A DNA stretch of 64,000 nucleotides from Vicinamibacterales bacterium (GTDB lineage: Bacteria > Acidobacteriota > Vicinamibacteria > Vicinamibacterales > UBA2999): positions 38,840 through 102,839 of the forward strand of contig JBFXBH010000001.1 in the NCBI GenBank assembly GCA_050183355.1. Direction: 5' to 3'. Below are positions 24,254 through 33,771 of this stretch, one piece after another. Below the pieces are notes generated by a model, which saw nothing but the letters and a program-made list of their open reading frames with translations, did no database searches and was not told where the DNA came from. Made by a program: the position numbers and the translations under genes. The stretch's first letter is position 1. The number at the start of each line of letters is the position of its first letter.

Positions 24254-26734
24254 ATGCACACGGATCTGCTCGAAGTGCTTTCCTGTCCTTCGTGCAGCCG
24301 GCCGTTCCCCGAACAGCGTGAAACCGGACCGATCCTGATCCTCCGTCGCGGTCCGGACGACGACCCGGATGCGATTGCCGACGGCGCGCTGATGTGCGCG
24401 GCCTGCGGAGCCTGGTTTCCGGTTGACGATGGCCTGCTCGATCTGAGACCTCTCGCGCTGCAGGATGCCGGGCGACGGGTTCGAATCGGCACCGCACTGG
24501 GACTCGTCACCGCCTCCGCCGATGGACCCGCCGACGCGCACAAGACGGCGCAGGCCGCCTTCTTTACGCGCGAGCTCGAAGGCTACGAACGGGACGTCGT
24601 CGGCTCCCGCTTCTACCAGGCCCTCGACGCCAACACGGTGCATCGATGGGGCACGCTCGTCCCGAGCGGCACGCGGGTCCTGGATATCGGCGCCGGCACC
24701 GGCCGCGCGTCGCGCCGGCTTGCCGCCCGGGGTTGCCGCGTGGTCGCGCTCGACCTGACCGAGCCCCTGCTGCGCCGGGCCCAGGCGCAGGCGCGGGCTG
24801 ACGGCCTGTCCCGCCAGGCGGATTTCGTGCTCGGGGACGCGGAGCAACTCCCCTTCCGTGACGGCACCTTCGGTGCCGCGCTCGCTCACGGCGTGCTCCA
24901 TCATCTCGATCGGCCGGAGGCCGTGATTGCGCATGTGGGCCGGGCCCTCCAACCGGGTGGCCGCTGGTTCTCCCTGGATCCGAACCGGACACCGCTGCGC
25001 GGCGTCTTCGACGCGGCGATGCGCCTGGTCCCTCTCTGGGAGGAAGAGGCCTCGAGCAGTCCGCTCCAGGACGAGCGCAGACTGACCGCGTGGTGCGATG
25101 CGGCGGGCATCGACAGCTACGCACGCTATACGTGCTACATCCTGCCTCACGCCCTCTCGCGGGTACCGGTCCGGCTGAGCCGATGGCTGCTCGACGGCAC
25201 CGACGCCCTCTTCGCGCGCGCGCCGGGCATCTCGCGATGGGCCGGCGTGATCGTCGTATCGGGCGTCAGGCGTGGCGCCCCGCCCGTGCATCCGGAACCA
25301 CGGCGGCGCGGACGGCAAGGCGCCGTCGCCGCGATGCTCGTGGCGTTGCTGGCCCTGGCCACGACCGTCTGGAAGGTTGATGCGTCCGTCGCGGCGCGGA
25401 GCGCGTCGTACTACATGGGTGGGCTGGAGACGATGCTCGGCTACGCCAATGCGCCGGCCCGCACCGGCGTCGTCATGCTGTACCCGAACGGACAGCCGCT
25501 CGAACAAGGCACACTCGACGACATTGGATATCTGCTGGGCGCGCAACTGCTCTCGGCCGCCGGGGTTCAGGTGACTGGTGCGGTGCTGGCGCAGGCTCAC
25601 CTGCTGCTGTTCATCGCCGGCGCCGTCGCGCTGGCTGCTGGAGTGGCGACCGCGTTCTCGTCGGTGGCTGCCGGACTGATTGCGGGTGGCGCGGCATTGA
25701 CAGCTGGAAACAGTCTGCGTCACCTGCTCTACGCGCAAGTCACGAATCAGAGTATCACGCCGGTATTCCCGCCATTCGTCCTCAGCGCTCTGGCGCTGGT
25801 CGCGATCGCCACCGCGACCCCACGCGGCCGGCAGTGGCTCGCCGCCGGGTGCGCGGGGGTTCTGACAGGGCTCATCGATCTCGCGCGACACGCGCACGGG
25901 CTCGCCGTGCTCGGCACGCTCATCACGTGGATGCCACTGACACCAGTCCGGCGGAAGGCGCTCGTGGCGCTCGCGGTGGCCGTTCTGCTCGGAGTGCTGA
26001 CGGCAACGATCGGCCTGCCGACGATACTGAAGGCCCATCGCGATGTCGTGCTGCGTCGCCCGGCCGGACTCGTCGAACGCCTGGAACGCCCGCCCAGTCA
26101 CCACATCTACTACACCCTGCTCACGGCGATCGGCCGCTATCCGAACGCGCTTGGACTGACGTATGCGGACTCGTCCGTCGATGCGTACATCGCGACGGCG
26201 ACGGCTGGCGATCCGCAACCGATGGACGTCCATCGGGCGATCGAGGTGTCGCGACGCCTGTTTGTCGACTACGTCGTGGCGCACCCCGGTGAGTGGGTGC
26301 GCTCGCTGATGCGGGGCGCGGCGGAGCTGCCACCGTTCATCGCGTATGTCACGTTCACCGCCGACCGCCGTTGGGAACTCGGCTGGCCGGGCATCGCACC
26401 CGGCGTGCACGTGGACGATCGCGACAGGGCCCGGTACGGGGAGAACCTGCTGATGAACGTGCGCTGGGCCTACGTCCGCGCCTCGGCGCCGCAATGGCTC
26501 ATGTTCGGCGCCGCGTGGGTGGCGATCGCCGCCGCGGTGGGCATCGCCGTCCGCAGGCGCAGGTGGCCCGCCGACGGCTTCGTCGTGGGTGGTGCGCTGT
26601 ATCTGGCGTGGGTGGCGTTGCCCCGCGCACTGGTTCCTGTTCAGGGCCTCGACCTGGTGATGACGTTCTGGCTGGTAACCGGTCTGGCAACTGCCGCGCT
26701 GCTGGCCTGGCGGCCTGCCGGCGAGACCGACTAG
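24254..26734 (+). CDS. Zn-ribbon + class I SAM methyltransferase fused to a ~470-aa polytopic membrane domain, ~826 aa
   Basis: ORF 24215-26734, start taken at the second ATG (MHTDLLEVLSCPSC). CxxC..CxxC ribbon (CPSC..CAAC); VLDIGAGTGRASRRLA, VALDLTEPLL, FGAALAHGVLHHL. From about aa 345 there are at least 8 hydrophobic segments and one large loop. Confidence 0.7.
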   Translation: MHTDLLEVLSCPSCSRPFPEQRETGPILILRRGPDDDPDAIADGALMCAACGAWFPVDDGLLDLRPLALQDAGRRVRIGTALGLVTASADGPADAHKTAQAAFFTRELEGYERDVVGSRFYQALDANTVHRWGTLVPSGTRVLDIGAGTGRASRRLAARGCRVVALDLTEPLLRRAQAQARADGLSRQADFVLGDAEQLPFRDGTFGAALAHGVLHHLDRPEAVIAHVGRALQPGGRWFSLDPNRTPLRGVFDAAMRLVPLWEEEASSSPLQDERRLTAWCDAAGIDSYARYTCYILPHALSRVPVRLSRWLLDGTDALFARAPGISRWAGVIVVSGVRRGAPPVHPEPRRRGRQGAVAAMLVALLALATTVWKVDASVAARSASYYMGGLETMLGYANAPARTGVVMLYPNGQPLEQGTLDDIGYLLGAQLLSAAGVQVTGAVLAQAHLLLFIAGAVALAAGVATAFSSVAAGLIAGGAALTAGNSLRHLLYAQVTNQSITPVFPPFVLSALALVAIATATPRGRQWLAAGCAGVLTGLIDLARHAHGLAVLGTLITWMPLTPVRRKALVALAVAVLLGVLTATIGLPTILKAHRDVVLRRPAGLVERLERPPSHHIYYTLLTAIGRYPNALGLTYADSSVDAYIATATAGDPQPMDVHRAIEVSRRLFVDYVVAHPGEWVRSLMRGAAELPPFIAYVTFTADRRWELGWPGIAPGVHVDDRDRARYGENLLMNVRWAYVRASAPQWLMFGAAWVAIAAAVGIAVRRRRWPADGFVVGGALYLAWVALPRALVPVQGLDLVMTFWLVTGLATAALLAWRPAGETD

Positions 26735-27432
26735 CGACGCCCCCGCACCCGGAACGCCAGGTGGAAGCGGATGAGCTCCGCGACGGCCTGGAGGGCGGCG
26801 CGCCAGGTCACGCTGGACACCCCGGCCTGCCTCGGCAGACAGGTCACGTCGATCTCGACAATCCGGCACCCACCGGCATGCGCCTGCAGGACCAGTTCCG
26901 CGTCGGCAAAACCACCATTGGCGCGTGTCCTGAGGTGGGCGATGCTGGAGCGCCGGTAGAGCTTCGGCGCGTTGATGTTCGTCAGCGACAGGCCGAACAG
27001 CGCCCGGACCGTGGCCCGGTAGAAGCGCGAGAACACCAGCCGCGCCGTGGAGTCGGGCCGGTTGCGGTAGCGACCGACGACGACGTCTGCCTCTGTCGAC
27101 GCGAGCAGGTAGGCCGGCAGCTCCTCGGGCGCGATCTGTCCATCGGCCGGAATCACCCAGACCCAGTCGCCGCGGGCCGCCTGCAGTCCGGAGCGCTGCG
27201 CCGCGCCGTAGCCCCGATTGACGTCGTGCGTCACGGCACGCACGCGCGCGTCCGTACCCGCGAGCCCGTCCAGAATGCGCGGCGTGTCGTCGCGGCTTCC
27301 GTCATTGACGACGATGACTTCGTGTTCGCCGGGGATTCCGTCGAGCGTGCCGCACGCTCTGCGAACCAGTCCTGTGAGGTTCGGCGCTTCGTTGAACGCC
27401 GGCATGACGATCGAGATTCCGATGTCGGCCAT
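26731..27432 (-). CDS. GT2-family glycosyltransferase (polyprenyl-phosphate sugar synthase-like, soluble type), ~233 aa
   Basis: ORF 26731-27618 trimmed to ATG 27432 (MADIGISIVMPAFNE). VIVVNDGSRDDT, NRGYGAAQRSG, VIPADGQ. Confidence 0.85.
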   Translation of the reverse strand: MADIGISIVMPAFNEAPNLTGLVRRACGTLDGIPGEHEVIVVNDGSRDDTPRILDGLAGTDARVRAVTHDVNRGYGAAQRSGLQAARGDWVWVIPADGQIAPEELPAYLLASTEADVVVGRYRNRPDSTARLVFSRFYRATVRALFGLSLTNINAPKLYRRSSIAHLRTRANGGFADAELVLQAHAGGCRIVEIDVTCLPRQAGVSSVTWRAALQAVAELIRFHLAFRVRGRR

Positions 27433-27439
27433 CGGCACG

Positions 27440-28309
27440 TCAACCGGCGAGCGTCCGCGCCAGACCGGCCTCGATGCCCGTCCCAGGCCGGAACCGCAGC
27501 AGCTGTCGCGCGCGGGACATGTCGGCCACCATGTCACCGACAGCGGGGTTCGTACCGTCCGCGAACGTGGGCGCCGATCCCACCAGGCGGCCAATCGCCT
27601 CGGCCAGTGCCGGCACACGGACCGCCTCGGGCCCGGCGCAGTTGACGATTGCGCCTCTGCCCGCGACGAGCGCGCGTCGCGTCAGGTCGATCGCGTCATC
27701 CACGAAGACGGGGTTGAGGCGCGGATGGCGGCCGCGTGCGTGGAGCGTCACTGGCGTACCGGACGCGACGGCGGCCACGAGGCGTGGAACGAACCCGGAC
27801 GCCTGGCCTGGGCCGTACGGAAAGAAGTAGCGCACGATGCTGACGCGCCCCGGCGCGTGGAACAACGCGGCCAGCTCTCCCTGCCACTTGCTCATCGTGT
27901 AGTCGTCGAAGGGCCGCGCGCGGTGCGTCTCCCGGATACGACCGGGACGATAGCCGTAGATGCCGCCGGTCGAGCCCAGGACGAACTGCCGGACCCCGGC
28001 GCCTGCTGCCCAGGCGGCCAGCGCCGCCGTGGCGGACGTATTGACCGCGTACAGCTCATCGACGCCGGACCCTGGTGACGGGAGCCGGGCTGAAGCCAGG
28101 TGGAGGACGTAGTCAGCGCGGCGAGGCAGCCTGGCCCGGTGGAACGGCTCGCAAAGGTCGTGATCGATCCAGTCGATCCGCCCGCAACCGGACACCTCGG
28201 GCCTGCGGCGTCCCAGCGCCACGCACGAGAACTGGCGGCCGTAGGCGGCCAGAAACGCGGCCCCCAGAAATCCCGTCGCGCCGGTGATCAGCAGACGTGG
28301 CCGTGGCAC
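27440..28309 (-). CDS. NAD-dependent epimerase/dehydratase (extended SDR), ~289 aa
   Basis: ORF 27440-28567 trimmed to GTG 28309 (4 nt after the upstream stop). LLITGATGFLGAAF, DDYTMSKWQGE (YxxxK). Confidence 0.75.
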   Translation of the reverse strand: MPRPRLLITGATGFLGAAFLAAYGRQFSCVALGRRRPEVSGCGRIDWIDHDLCEPFHRARLPRRADYVLHLASARLPSPGSGVDELYAVNTSATAALAAWAAGAGVRQFVLGSTGGIYGYRPGRIRETHRARPFDDYTMSKWQGELAALFHAPGRVSIVRYFFPYGPGQASGFVPRLVAAVASGTPVTLHARGRHPRLNPVFVDDAIDLTRRALVAGRGAIVNCAGPEAVRVPALAEAIGRLVGSAPTFADGTNPAVGDMVADMSRARQLLRFRPGTGIEAGLARTLAG

Positions 28310-28313
28310 GATG

Positions 28314-29282
28314 TCAGGCGCCCTGACCGCCCCTTTGGTACCAGGCGACCGTCTCGGCGATGCCCTGGGCCGCGGGTGTCGTCGACGCGCCCGGAAGCAG
28401 CGACCTGAGGAGGGCGACACCGGCGACATGCCGGCGGTGGTCGCCGGCCCTGACGGGCCGACGGTCGATCGGCCCGCGGTAGCCAAGCGTCTCGCAGATG
28501 GTGGCGATGAGGGCGCCGATCTGCAGTTCCTCGCCGGCCGCCACGTTGATCTCTCGTCCCCAGGCATCGCCCTGCTCGACCAGTTCGAGCGCCAGGCGCG
28601 CGGTGTCGGTGACGAACGTGAAATCCCGCGTCTGGTGTCCGTCGCCTTCGAGCACCGGTGCCTGGCCCGACAGGATGCGTCGAATCGTCAACGGGATCAC
28701 GGCGGCATAGTCACCGGCGTTCTGCCGGGGCCCGTAGTTGTTGAACGGCCTCACCGTCAGCACGCGTATGCCGAACAGTTCGCGGTATGACCGCAGCAGC
28801 AGATCCGCGGCAAGCTTCCCGGCGGCGTAGGGCGTCGTCGGGTGACACGGGTGCTCCTCGTCCATGGGCGCCCTGCGTGCGTCGCCGTACACCTCGGACG
28901 TGGAGAACTGGACGAGCGCCCCGAAGGCGCCGCCGCGCTGCAGTTCCGCGAGGTTCGCGGCGATGTCGACGTTCACCATGTAGGCGCCGCGGGGATTCAC
29001 GAAGCTGTAGTTGAGCGGCTTCGTCGCGAGGTTGAACACGATGTCGGGCCTGACCCTCTCGATCACCGAGACCAGCGCAGGGAACTCCGCGGCGTCCTCC
29101 TGGTAGAACGCCAGCTCCGGGCACAACCGGGTGGCATCGTCGAGATTCGCGCGGCGGCCGAGCCACAGCGTGTCCATCACGGCCAGATGCGCGGCCCCGC
29201 GGGCGGCCACCGCCTCGACGAGGTGGCTGCCGATGAACCCGGCACCGCCGATGACAAGGACGCGGGACGACGAAAGCTGCAT
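28314..29282 (-). CDS. NAD-dependent epimerase/dehydratase (extended SDR), 322 aa
   Basis: Full ORF. VLVIGGAGFIGSHLV, STSEVYG, TPYAAGKLAAD, RPFNNYGPRQ. Confidence 0.85.
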   Translation of the reverse strand: MQLSSSRVLVIGGAGFIGSHLVEAVAARGAAHLAVMDTLWLGRRANLDDATRLCPELAFYQEDAAEFPALVSVIERVRPDIVFNLATKPLNYSFVNPRGAYMVNVDIAANLAELQRGGAFGALVQFSTSEVYGDARRAPMDEEHPCHPTTPYAAGKLAADLLLRSYRELFGIRVLTVRPFNNYGPRQNAGDYAAVIPLTIRRILSGQAPVLEGDGHQTRDFTFVTDTARLALELVEQGDAWGREINVAAGEELQIGALIATICETLGYRGPIDRRPVRAGDHRRHVAGVALLRSLLPGASTTPAAQGIAETVAWYQRGGQGA

Positions 29283-29302
29283 GGGACGATGGCGGTCCGG
29301 CG

Positions 29303-29983
29303 CTAGACGATCTTGTTGCTGGTCCGCAGGTGACGCGGCAGCTTCTCGAAGCGTGCGGGCGCGCCGACGGCCATGTGCCAGGGCGGCACGTCCCTGGTCA
29401 CCACCGCTCCAGCCGCCACGAACGCGCCGCGGCCCACGGTCACACCGGGCAGCAGCGTGGCGTTCCCGCCGATCGTGGCGCCCTTCCGGATCACCGGCGC
29501 CACCAGGGGCGCCTTCTGGCGGATCGGGAACCGGTCGTTGAGGAACACCGCGTTCGGCCCGATGAACACGCCGTCCTCCACCACGGTGCCAGTCGGCAGA
29601 TAGACCGTCGACTGGATGCTGACCCTGTTCCCGATGACCGAATCGTTGTCGATGACCACGTTCGTTCCCACGAGCACGTGGCTCCCGATCCGGCAGTTCT
29701 CGCGGATCAGAATCTTGTGACCGGTCCTGACGTAGTTCCCGAGCTCGACGTTCCGGTAGATCACGGCCTCGGAGCGGATGATGGAGTGGTGTCCGATGCG
29801 CACACCGGTGTACCGCAGATCCTCGTTGCGGGTTCGCTTCCGCATGATCTCCACGAGCACGTCGCTTGTGGGATAGCCGAGGATGACATTCTCCAGAATC
29901 ATCGTGTGGGATCCGATCCAGTTGCGGCCGTAGGTCTTGAGGGTCTCGTGGATCAGGCAGGCTCGTCCGTACTTTTCAATCAT
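29303..29983 (-). CDS. Left-handed beta-helix (hexapeptide-repeat) acyl/acetyltransferase, 226 aa
   Basis: Full ORF. Repeated [LIV]G..[LIV] hexapeptides (IGSHVLVGTNVVIDNDSVIGNRVSIQS..IGGNATLLPGVTVGRGAFVAAGAVV). Visibly lower GC than its neighbours. Confidence 0.85.
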   Translation of the reverse strand: MIEKYGRACLIHETLKTYGRNWIGSHTMILENVILGYPTSDVLVEIMRKRTRNEDLRYTGVRIGHHSIIRSEAVIYRNVELGNYVRTGHKILIRENCRIGSHVLVGTNVVIDNDSVIGNRVSIQSTVYLPTGTVVEDGVFIGPNAVFLNDRFPIRQKAPLVAPVIRKGATIGGNATLLPGVTVGRGAFVAAGAVVTRDVPPWHMAVGAPARFEKLPRHLRTSNKIV

Positions 29984-31514
29984 GGCGCGCAGACGGTGAA
30001 GGGCCGGATGGCCCGGATGAAGGCGCAGGTGTCGCCCGTACGGCCCGGTGACGCAACGCCCGCAGGTCGGCGGCCTCTATTGGACCATCCTGCCGGCGCG
30101 CGGCGTAGGCCGCGAGAAACCGGGCCGCCGCGGCTGAAGGCGCCGGCAGCGGATCGGGAGTGAGGCCGGCCGCCGCGAGGATGCCGGCGACCAGCCGGGG
30201 CGTCGCCGCCTCCGTCAGGCCGTGCGGCCGCACGAACGTCTCCACGAACCGGCGGCCCAGGGCATCGGGCATCGGCGTGGTGGCGGCGTCCGACAACTGT
30301 ACAAGGTGCTCCGCCAGCGTGTTCGCCTGCGTCAGGAGACGCCCCTCCGACTGCACCAGGTGATGGAAGTGCAGAGTCCCCTCCTGCGTTTCGGCGAACT
30401 CCGGCGCGAGAAGCGTATAGACCGGGCGGCCGACAATCCCGGCCTCGATGAGCGCCGAGGTGTTCACGCCCACGACTGCGCGGCTGTGATATAGGGCGTC
30501 GAAGAACGCGGAGCGCGAGTCCGCGTTCACGGGCGCATCGCCCAGCGCCAGTGCGACGCCAGGACCGGCCGGAAACGTGCCCGCGGCACTCTGCCAGCGG
30601 TCGGCCTGCTTCGGGTGTGGGCGGACCAGCACGTTGACGTCCGCCAGTCCCGGCAACCCGCTGCCACGGATGGCGCGAATCCACCCGGAGACGAACTCGG
30701 GCTCGGCCGCCGCGATTCCCTGCGTCGAGCCCAGGAACAGGAGGATCGGCCGCGCGGGATCCAGGTCGTATCGGAGGCAGAACTCGTCGCGGGACGTCGA
30801 CGGCCGCCAATCGAACCAGTGGTCGAAATTCTGCGCACCGGTCACGACAACGCGCCCGGCGGGCACGCCGTGGAGATCCGTCGCCTCCCCGCGCTGGGCC
30901 TCGTTCCAGACGAATACCCGATCCGGAACGATGCGCATCACGCCCTTGTTGGTCAGGTTGTCCCAACTGGCCACACACAGGGCGGTCGGCACACCCAGAG
31001 ATCGGGCCGCGCGCACGATGTCGACCTGGTCGGACCCGATGTTCACCAGCGGGGTCACGAGCACGACATCGGGCGCCTGCTCCCGGATGAAGGTCACGAT
31101 GCTCGGCAGCGCCGGCGTCGCCCGTTCGACCTCTTCCAGCGCAGCCACAACCCGGGGCACGGCTCCATGCCGGTGATAGCCGCGCACGAGTGCCACGACC
31201 CACGGCGGCATTGTCTCCTCGACGCGACGGCGCAGGTAGGTCGCGCGGGCATACCGCGGGTCGAAGTAGCGCAGATAATCCCGGTACGACCGCAGCTCGG
31301 CAAGCGGCGCGACCCACGAATCCCCCTTGCGCTTCGGCAAACGCTGATGCGTGACGCGTCCGGGGAAGGCCGCGGCGAGCCGCTCCAGCTGCTCGGACTC
31401 AACCCACTTGCTGTAGGCGACGTGCACCGCATGGCCGTCTTCGGCGAGCCCGCGGATCGTGGACTCGTAGTAGAACGTGAACCCCGAGTGGAGCATGCAG
31501 AAGAGGACCTTCAT
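29976..31514 (-). CDS. Family-Y protein, ~512 aa
   Basis: ORF 29976-31595 trimmed to ATG 31514 (MKVLFCMLHSGFTFYYES; ATGA overlap with the upstream stop). PDVVLVTPLVN, SWDNLTNKG, VWNEAQRGEATDLHGVPAGRVVVTGAQNFDHWF, LVRPHPK, VVGVNTSALIEAGIVGRPVY, TQEGTLHFHHL, FVRPHG. Confidence 0.8.
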   Translation of the reverse strand: MKVLFCMLHSGFTFYYESTIRGLAEDGHAVHVAYSKWVESEQLERLAAAFPGRVTHQRLPKRKGDSWVAPLAELRSYRDYLRYFDPRYARATYLRRRVEETMPPWVVALVRGYHRHGAVPRVVAALEEVERATPALPSIVTFIREQAPDVVLVTPLVNIGSDQVDIVRAARSLGVPTALCVASWDNLTNKGVMRIVPDRVFVWNEAQRGEATDLHGVPAGRVVVTGAQNFDHWFDWRPSTSRDEFCLRYDLDPARPILLFLGSTQGIAAAEPEFVSGWIRAIRGSGLPGLADVNVLVRPHPKQADRWQSAAGTFPAGPGVALALGDAPVNADSRSAFFDALYHSRAVVGVNTSALIEAGIVGRPVYTLLAPEFAETQEGTLHFHHLVQSEGRLLTQANTLAEHLVQLSDAATTPMPDALGRRFVETFVRPHGLTEAATPRLVAGILAAAGLTPDPLPAPSAAAARFLAAYAARRQDGPIEAADLRALRHRAVRATPAPSSGPSGPSPSARHD

Positions 31515-32761
31515 GCCGGCGCCGTCTCCCAATACCGCTCCAGAAACGCACCGCCAAGCCGTCCGTCTCCCATGAATCCGTCCTCGGGGCCCCACTTCCG
31601 GACGTACGAGTACCGGTCGCGCAGCTCCTCGGCCGTGGACACGACTCGGGCCTTGTACGTCGACTGCAGAGGCGTTTCCGGGAGTCCGCGTTCGACGAAT
31701 TCAACCATCTCGGCACCGGCCTCGACCAGATCCTCAGCCGAGTTCTCGATGTACTCGTAGCGCCGGACGTCCCGGAGATGCTTCAGATACCTCTCCGTCA
31801 GCATGTCCTGAAGCGAGAGGATCTGCCCGGACTTGTAGTCGCGCACGAGTTTCAGCACGTGCAGCATGTTCGCCCGGATCGGGAAGGCACTGATGGGATC
31901 CGTGCAGTTGACGATCAGCGAGGGCGTGTCGGTGAGATACACCACGCCGTACGGGCCGGACTCGCAGCCGACCATGAAGACGCTCTTCATCAGACAGAAC
32001 AGGTCAACCAGGCCGGTCCGCAAGGGCGACGTCGCCAGGTCGATCACGCCGGGTCGCGACACCGGCGTCATGCTCGGATCCCCGACCCGCACCACGGTGT
32101 ACCCCCGCCGCACCAGGTCATCCATCAGATCGAAGTAGTTCTCGATGTGCGCGTTGCGCGTGTGGTCCTTCCGGAACCCACTCATCTCCCGGCCGGCCTT
32201 GAACCCGCCTTCCCGCGCATGGAGCGTCACGATGCGGGCGTCCGGGTCCAGGCCGATCCTGGCGGCCTCCGCGCGCGCCTGCGCGAGCGTGGACTCCGGC
32301 AGCGCCACCTGGATCGGACGGCGCATCAGGGCCCGCCGGTAGTACGGCACGTCATCCTTGAACGTATCCCGGCGGATCGCCTCCGTCGTCGACTCGTCGT
32401 ACCAGTACACCAGGTCGCGGAACCACTCCGGAAAGCGCGTGTCACCGTACATCTCGCGCCGGCGGATCGCCTTTCGCAGACTGACCCTCACCCGGAGGAC
32501 ACCCCGCTGCGCCTGCCACGGCAGCGTCAGGAGCGACAGCGGATGCCAGGGCCCGATGACGTCGATGCCCGGCGTGCGCAGTTGCAGAAGCGCCGGGTTC
32601 ACGACCTGGTCCGGCACCAGAAACCGTACGCGGGACGCCCCCTGCTCCTTCGCCAGCAGGAACGACATCAGGATCTCGAGCGCCAGATGCCCGTACTGTT
32701 CAGTATTGGGAATGGTCACCACGAGGCGACCGCGTCCCGTCGGCAGCGACTTGAAGATCAT
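31511..32761 (-). CDS. Family-Z protein (paralog of 15132-16451), ~416 aa
   Basis: ORF 31511-32797 trimmed to ATG 32761 (MIFKSLPTGRG). YGHLALEILM, VTLHAREGGFKAG, GYTVVRVGDPSMTPVSRPGVIDLATSPLRT, ESGPYGVVYLTDTPSLIVNCTDPISAFPIRANML, KWGPEDGFMGDG. Confidence 0.75.
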   Translation of the reverse strand: MIFKSLPTGRGRLVVTIPNTEQYGHLALEILMSFLLAKEQGASRVRFLVPDQVVNPALLQLRTPGIDVIGPWHPLSLLTLPWQAQRGVLRVRVSLRKAIRRREMYGDTRFPEWFRDLVYWYDESTTEAIRRDTFKDDVPYYRRALMRRPIQVALPESTLAQARAEAARIGLDPDARIVTLHAREGGFKAGREMSGFRKDHTRNAHIENYFDLMDDLVRRGYTVVRVGDPSMTPVSRPGVIDLATSPLRTGLVDLFCLMKSVFMVGCESGPYGVVYLTDTPSLIVNCTDPISAFPIRANMLHVLKLVRDYKSGQILSLQDMLTERYLKHLRDVRRYEYIENSAEDLVEAGAEMVEFVERGLPETPLQSTYKARVVSTAEELRDRYSYVRKWGPEDGFMGDGRLGGAFLERYWETAPA

Positions 32762-32765
32762 CGCG

Positions 32766-33755
32766 CTAGGCGCGCAGCACGTACTCCGCCGACGCATCGG
32801 CGATGAGCGGCAGGTACTTCCGGCCCCACGCCACCATGTCCTTCACGCCCTCTTCAAGGGAAATCTCCGGCTCCCAGCCGAGTTCCTTCTTGATGAGCGA
32901 GGAGTCGAGCCAGTACTGCGCGTCCTCACCGGGCCGGCCCGGCTTGATCTCCACCAGATCGTCGAACGACATGCCCAGTTCCTGTGCCGTCAGCTCGACG
33001 AGGGTCCGGATCGACACGGGCTCGGCGGAACCGGCGTTGTAGATCCGGCCGAGCGGCGCCCTCTCCGCCATCAGGTACAGCGCACGGGCGAGGTCCTGCG
33101 CGTGGATGTAGCTCTTCTTCGCTCCGCCACCGCCTTCGAGCGGCAGCTTCCTTCCCGTCAGGCCGCACATCACGGCGCGCGGCAGCACGCGATAGAGCTG
33201 CTGCCCGGGGCCGTAGGCGTTCGAGGGCCGGATGATGTTCATGGGGAACTTCCGGGCGTTGAACATCGAGATGAGGTGCAGGTCGCCCGCCATCTTCGAC
33301 ACCGAGTAGGGGCTGGTCGGTGTCAACGGATAGTTCTCGTCGGCGGGCCGATCCACCGCGCCGTAGAGCTCCGAGCTGCCGACCTGGATGAAGCGCTTCA
33401 GGTAGTCACGGGTGGCAAGCCCCTCGACCATCTTGGCGAGCGCGGTGACATTGGTGTCGTAGAAGCGCCACGACTTCGTCCACGACGCGCCGTGCGCGAG
33501 CGCGGCGAAGTTGATGATCACCTCAGGCTTCTCTCGATCGAAGACCTCGAACAGCCGGTCCTGCTCGTAGACCATGTGGACCTGTTCGTAGCCATAGCGC
33601 GGGTCGCCTTTGCCGACGTCGAGCGTGAACGCCGCGGACTTCTCCGCGTTCCGGCCCACGCACACGACGCGTTCGACGCCGGTGTTCTTCAGCAGATAGA
33701 GCGCGGTGTGCACGCCGAAGGGGCCGTTGCCCCCGAGGATCATGTAACGCTTCAC
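32766..33755 (-). CDS. NAD-dependent epimerase/dehydratase (extended SDR), 329 aa
   Basis: Full ORF. ILGGNGPFGVHTALYL, GSSELYG, SPYSVSKMAGD, RPSNAYGPGQ. Confidence 0.85.
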   Translation of the reverse strand: MKRYMILGGNGPFGVHTALYLLKNTGVERVVCVGRNAEKSAAFTLDVGKGDPRYGYEQVHMVYEQDRLFEVFDREKPEVIINFAALAHGASWTKSWRFYDTNVTALAKMVEGLATRDYLKRFIQVGSSELYGAVDRPADENYPLTPTSPYSVSKMAGDLHLISMFNARKFPMNIIRPSNAYGPGQQLYRVLPRAVMCGLTGRKLPLEGGGGAKKSYIHAQDLARALYLMAERAPLGRIYNAGSAEPVSIRTLVELTAQELGMSFDDLVEIKPGRPGEDAQYWLDSSLIKKELGWEPEISLEEGVKDMVAWGRKYLPLIADASAEYVLRA

Positions 33756-33771
33756 GGAGCCTCCTGACGCC

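Noticed and set aside
24197-26869. 890-aa minus-strand ORF covering the MT-membrane gene
   Set aside because: It is antisense to 24254-26734, which has clear Zn-ribbon, SAM-motif and TM-helix features. The minus-strand product is R/G/H/D-rich junk.
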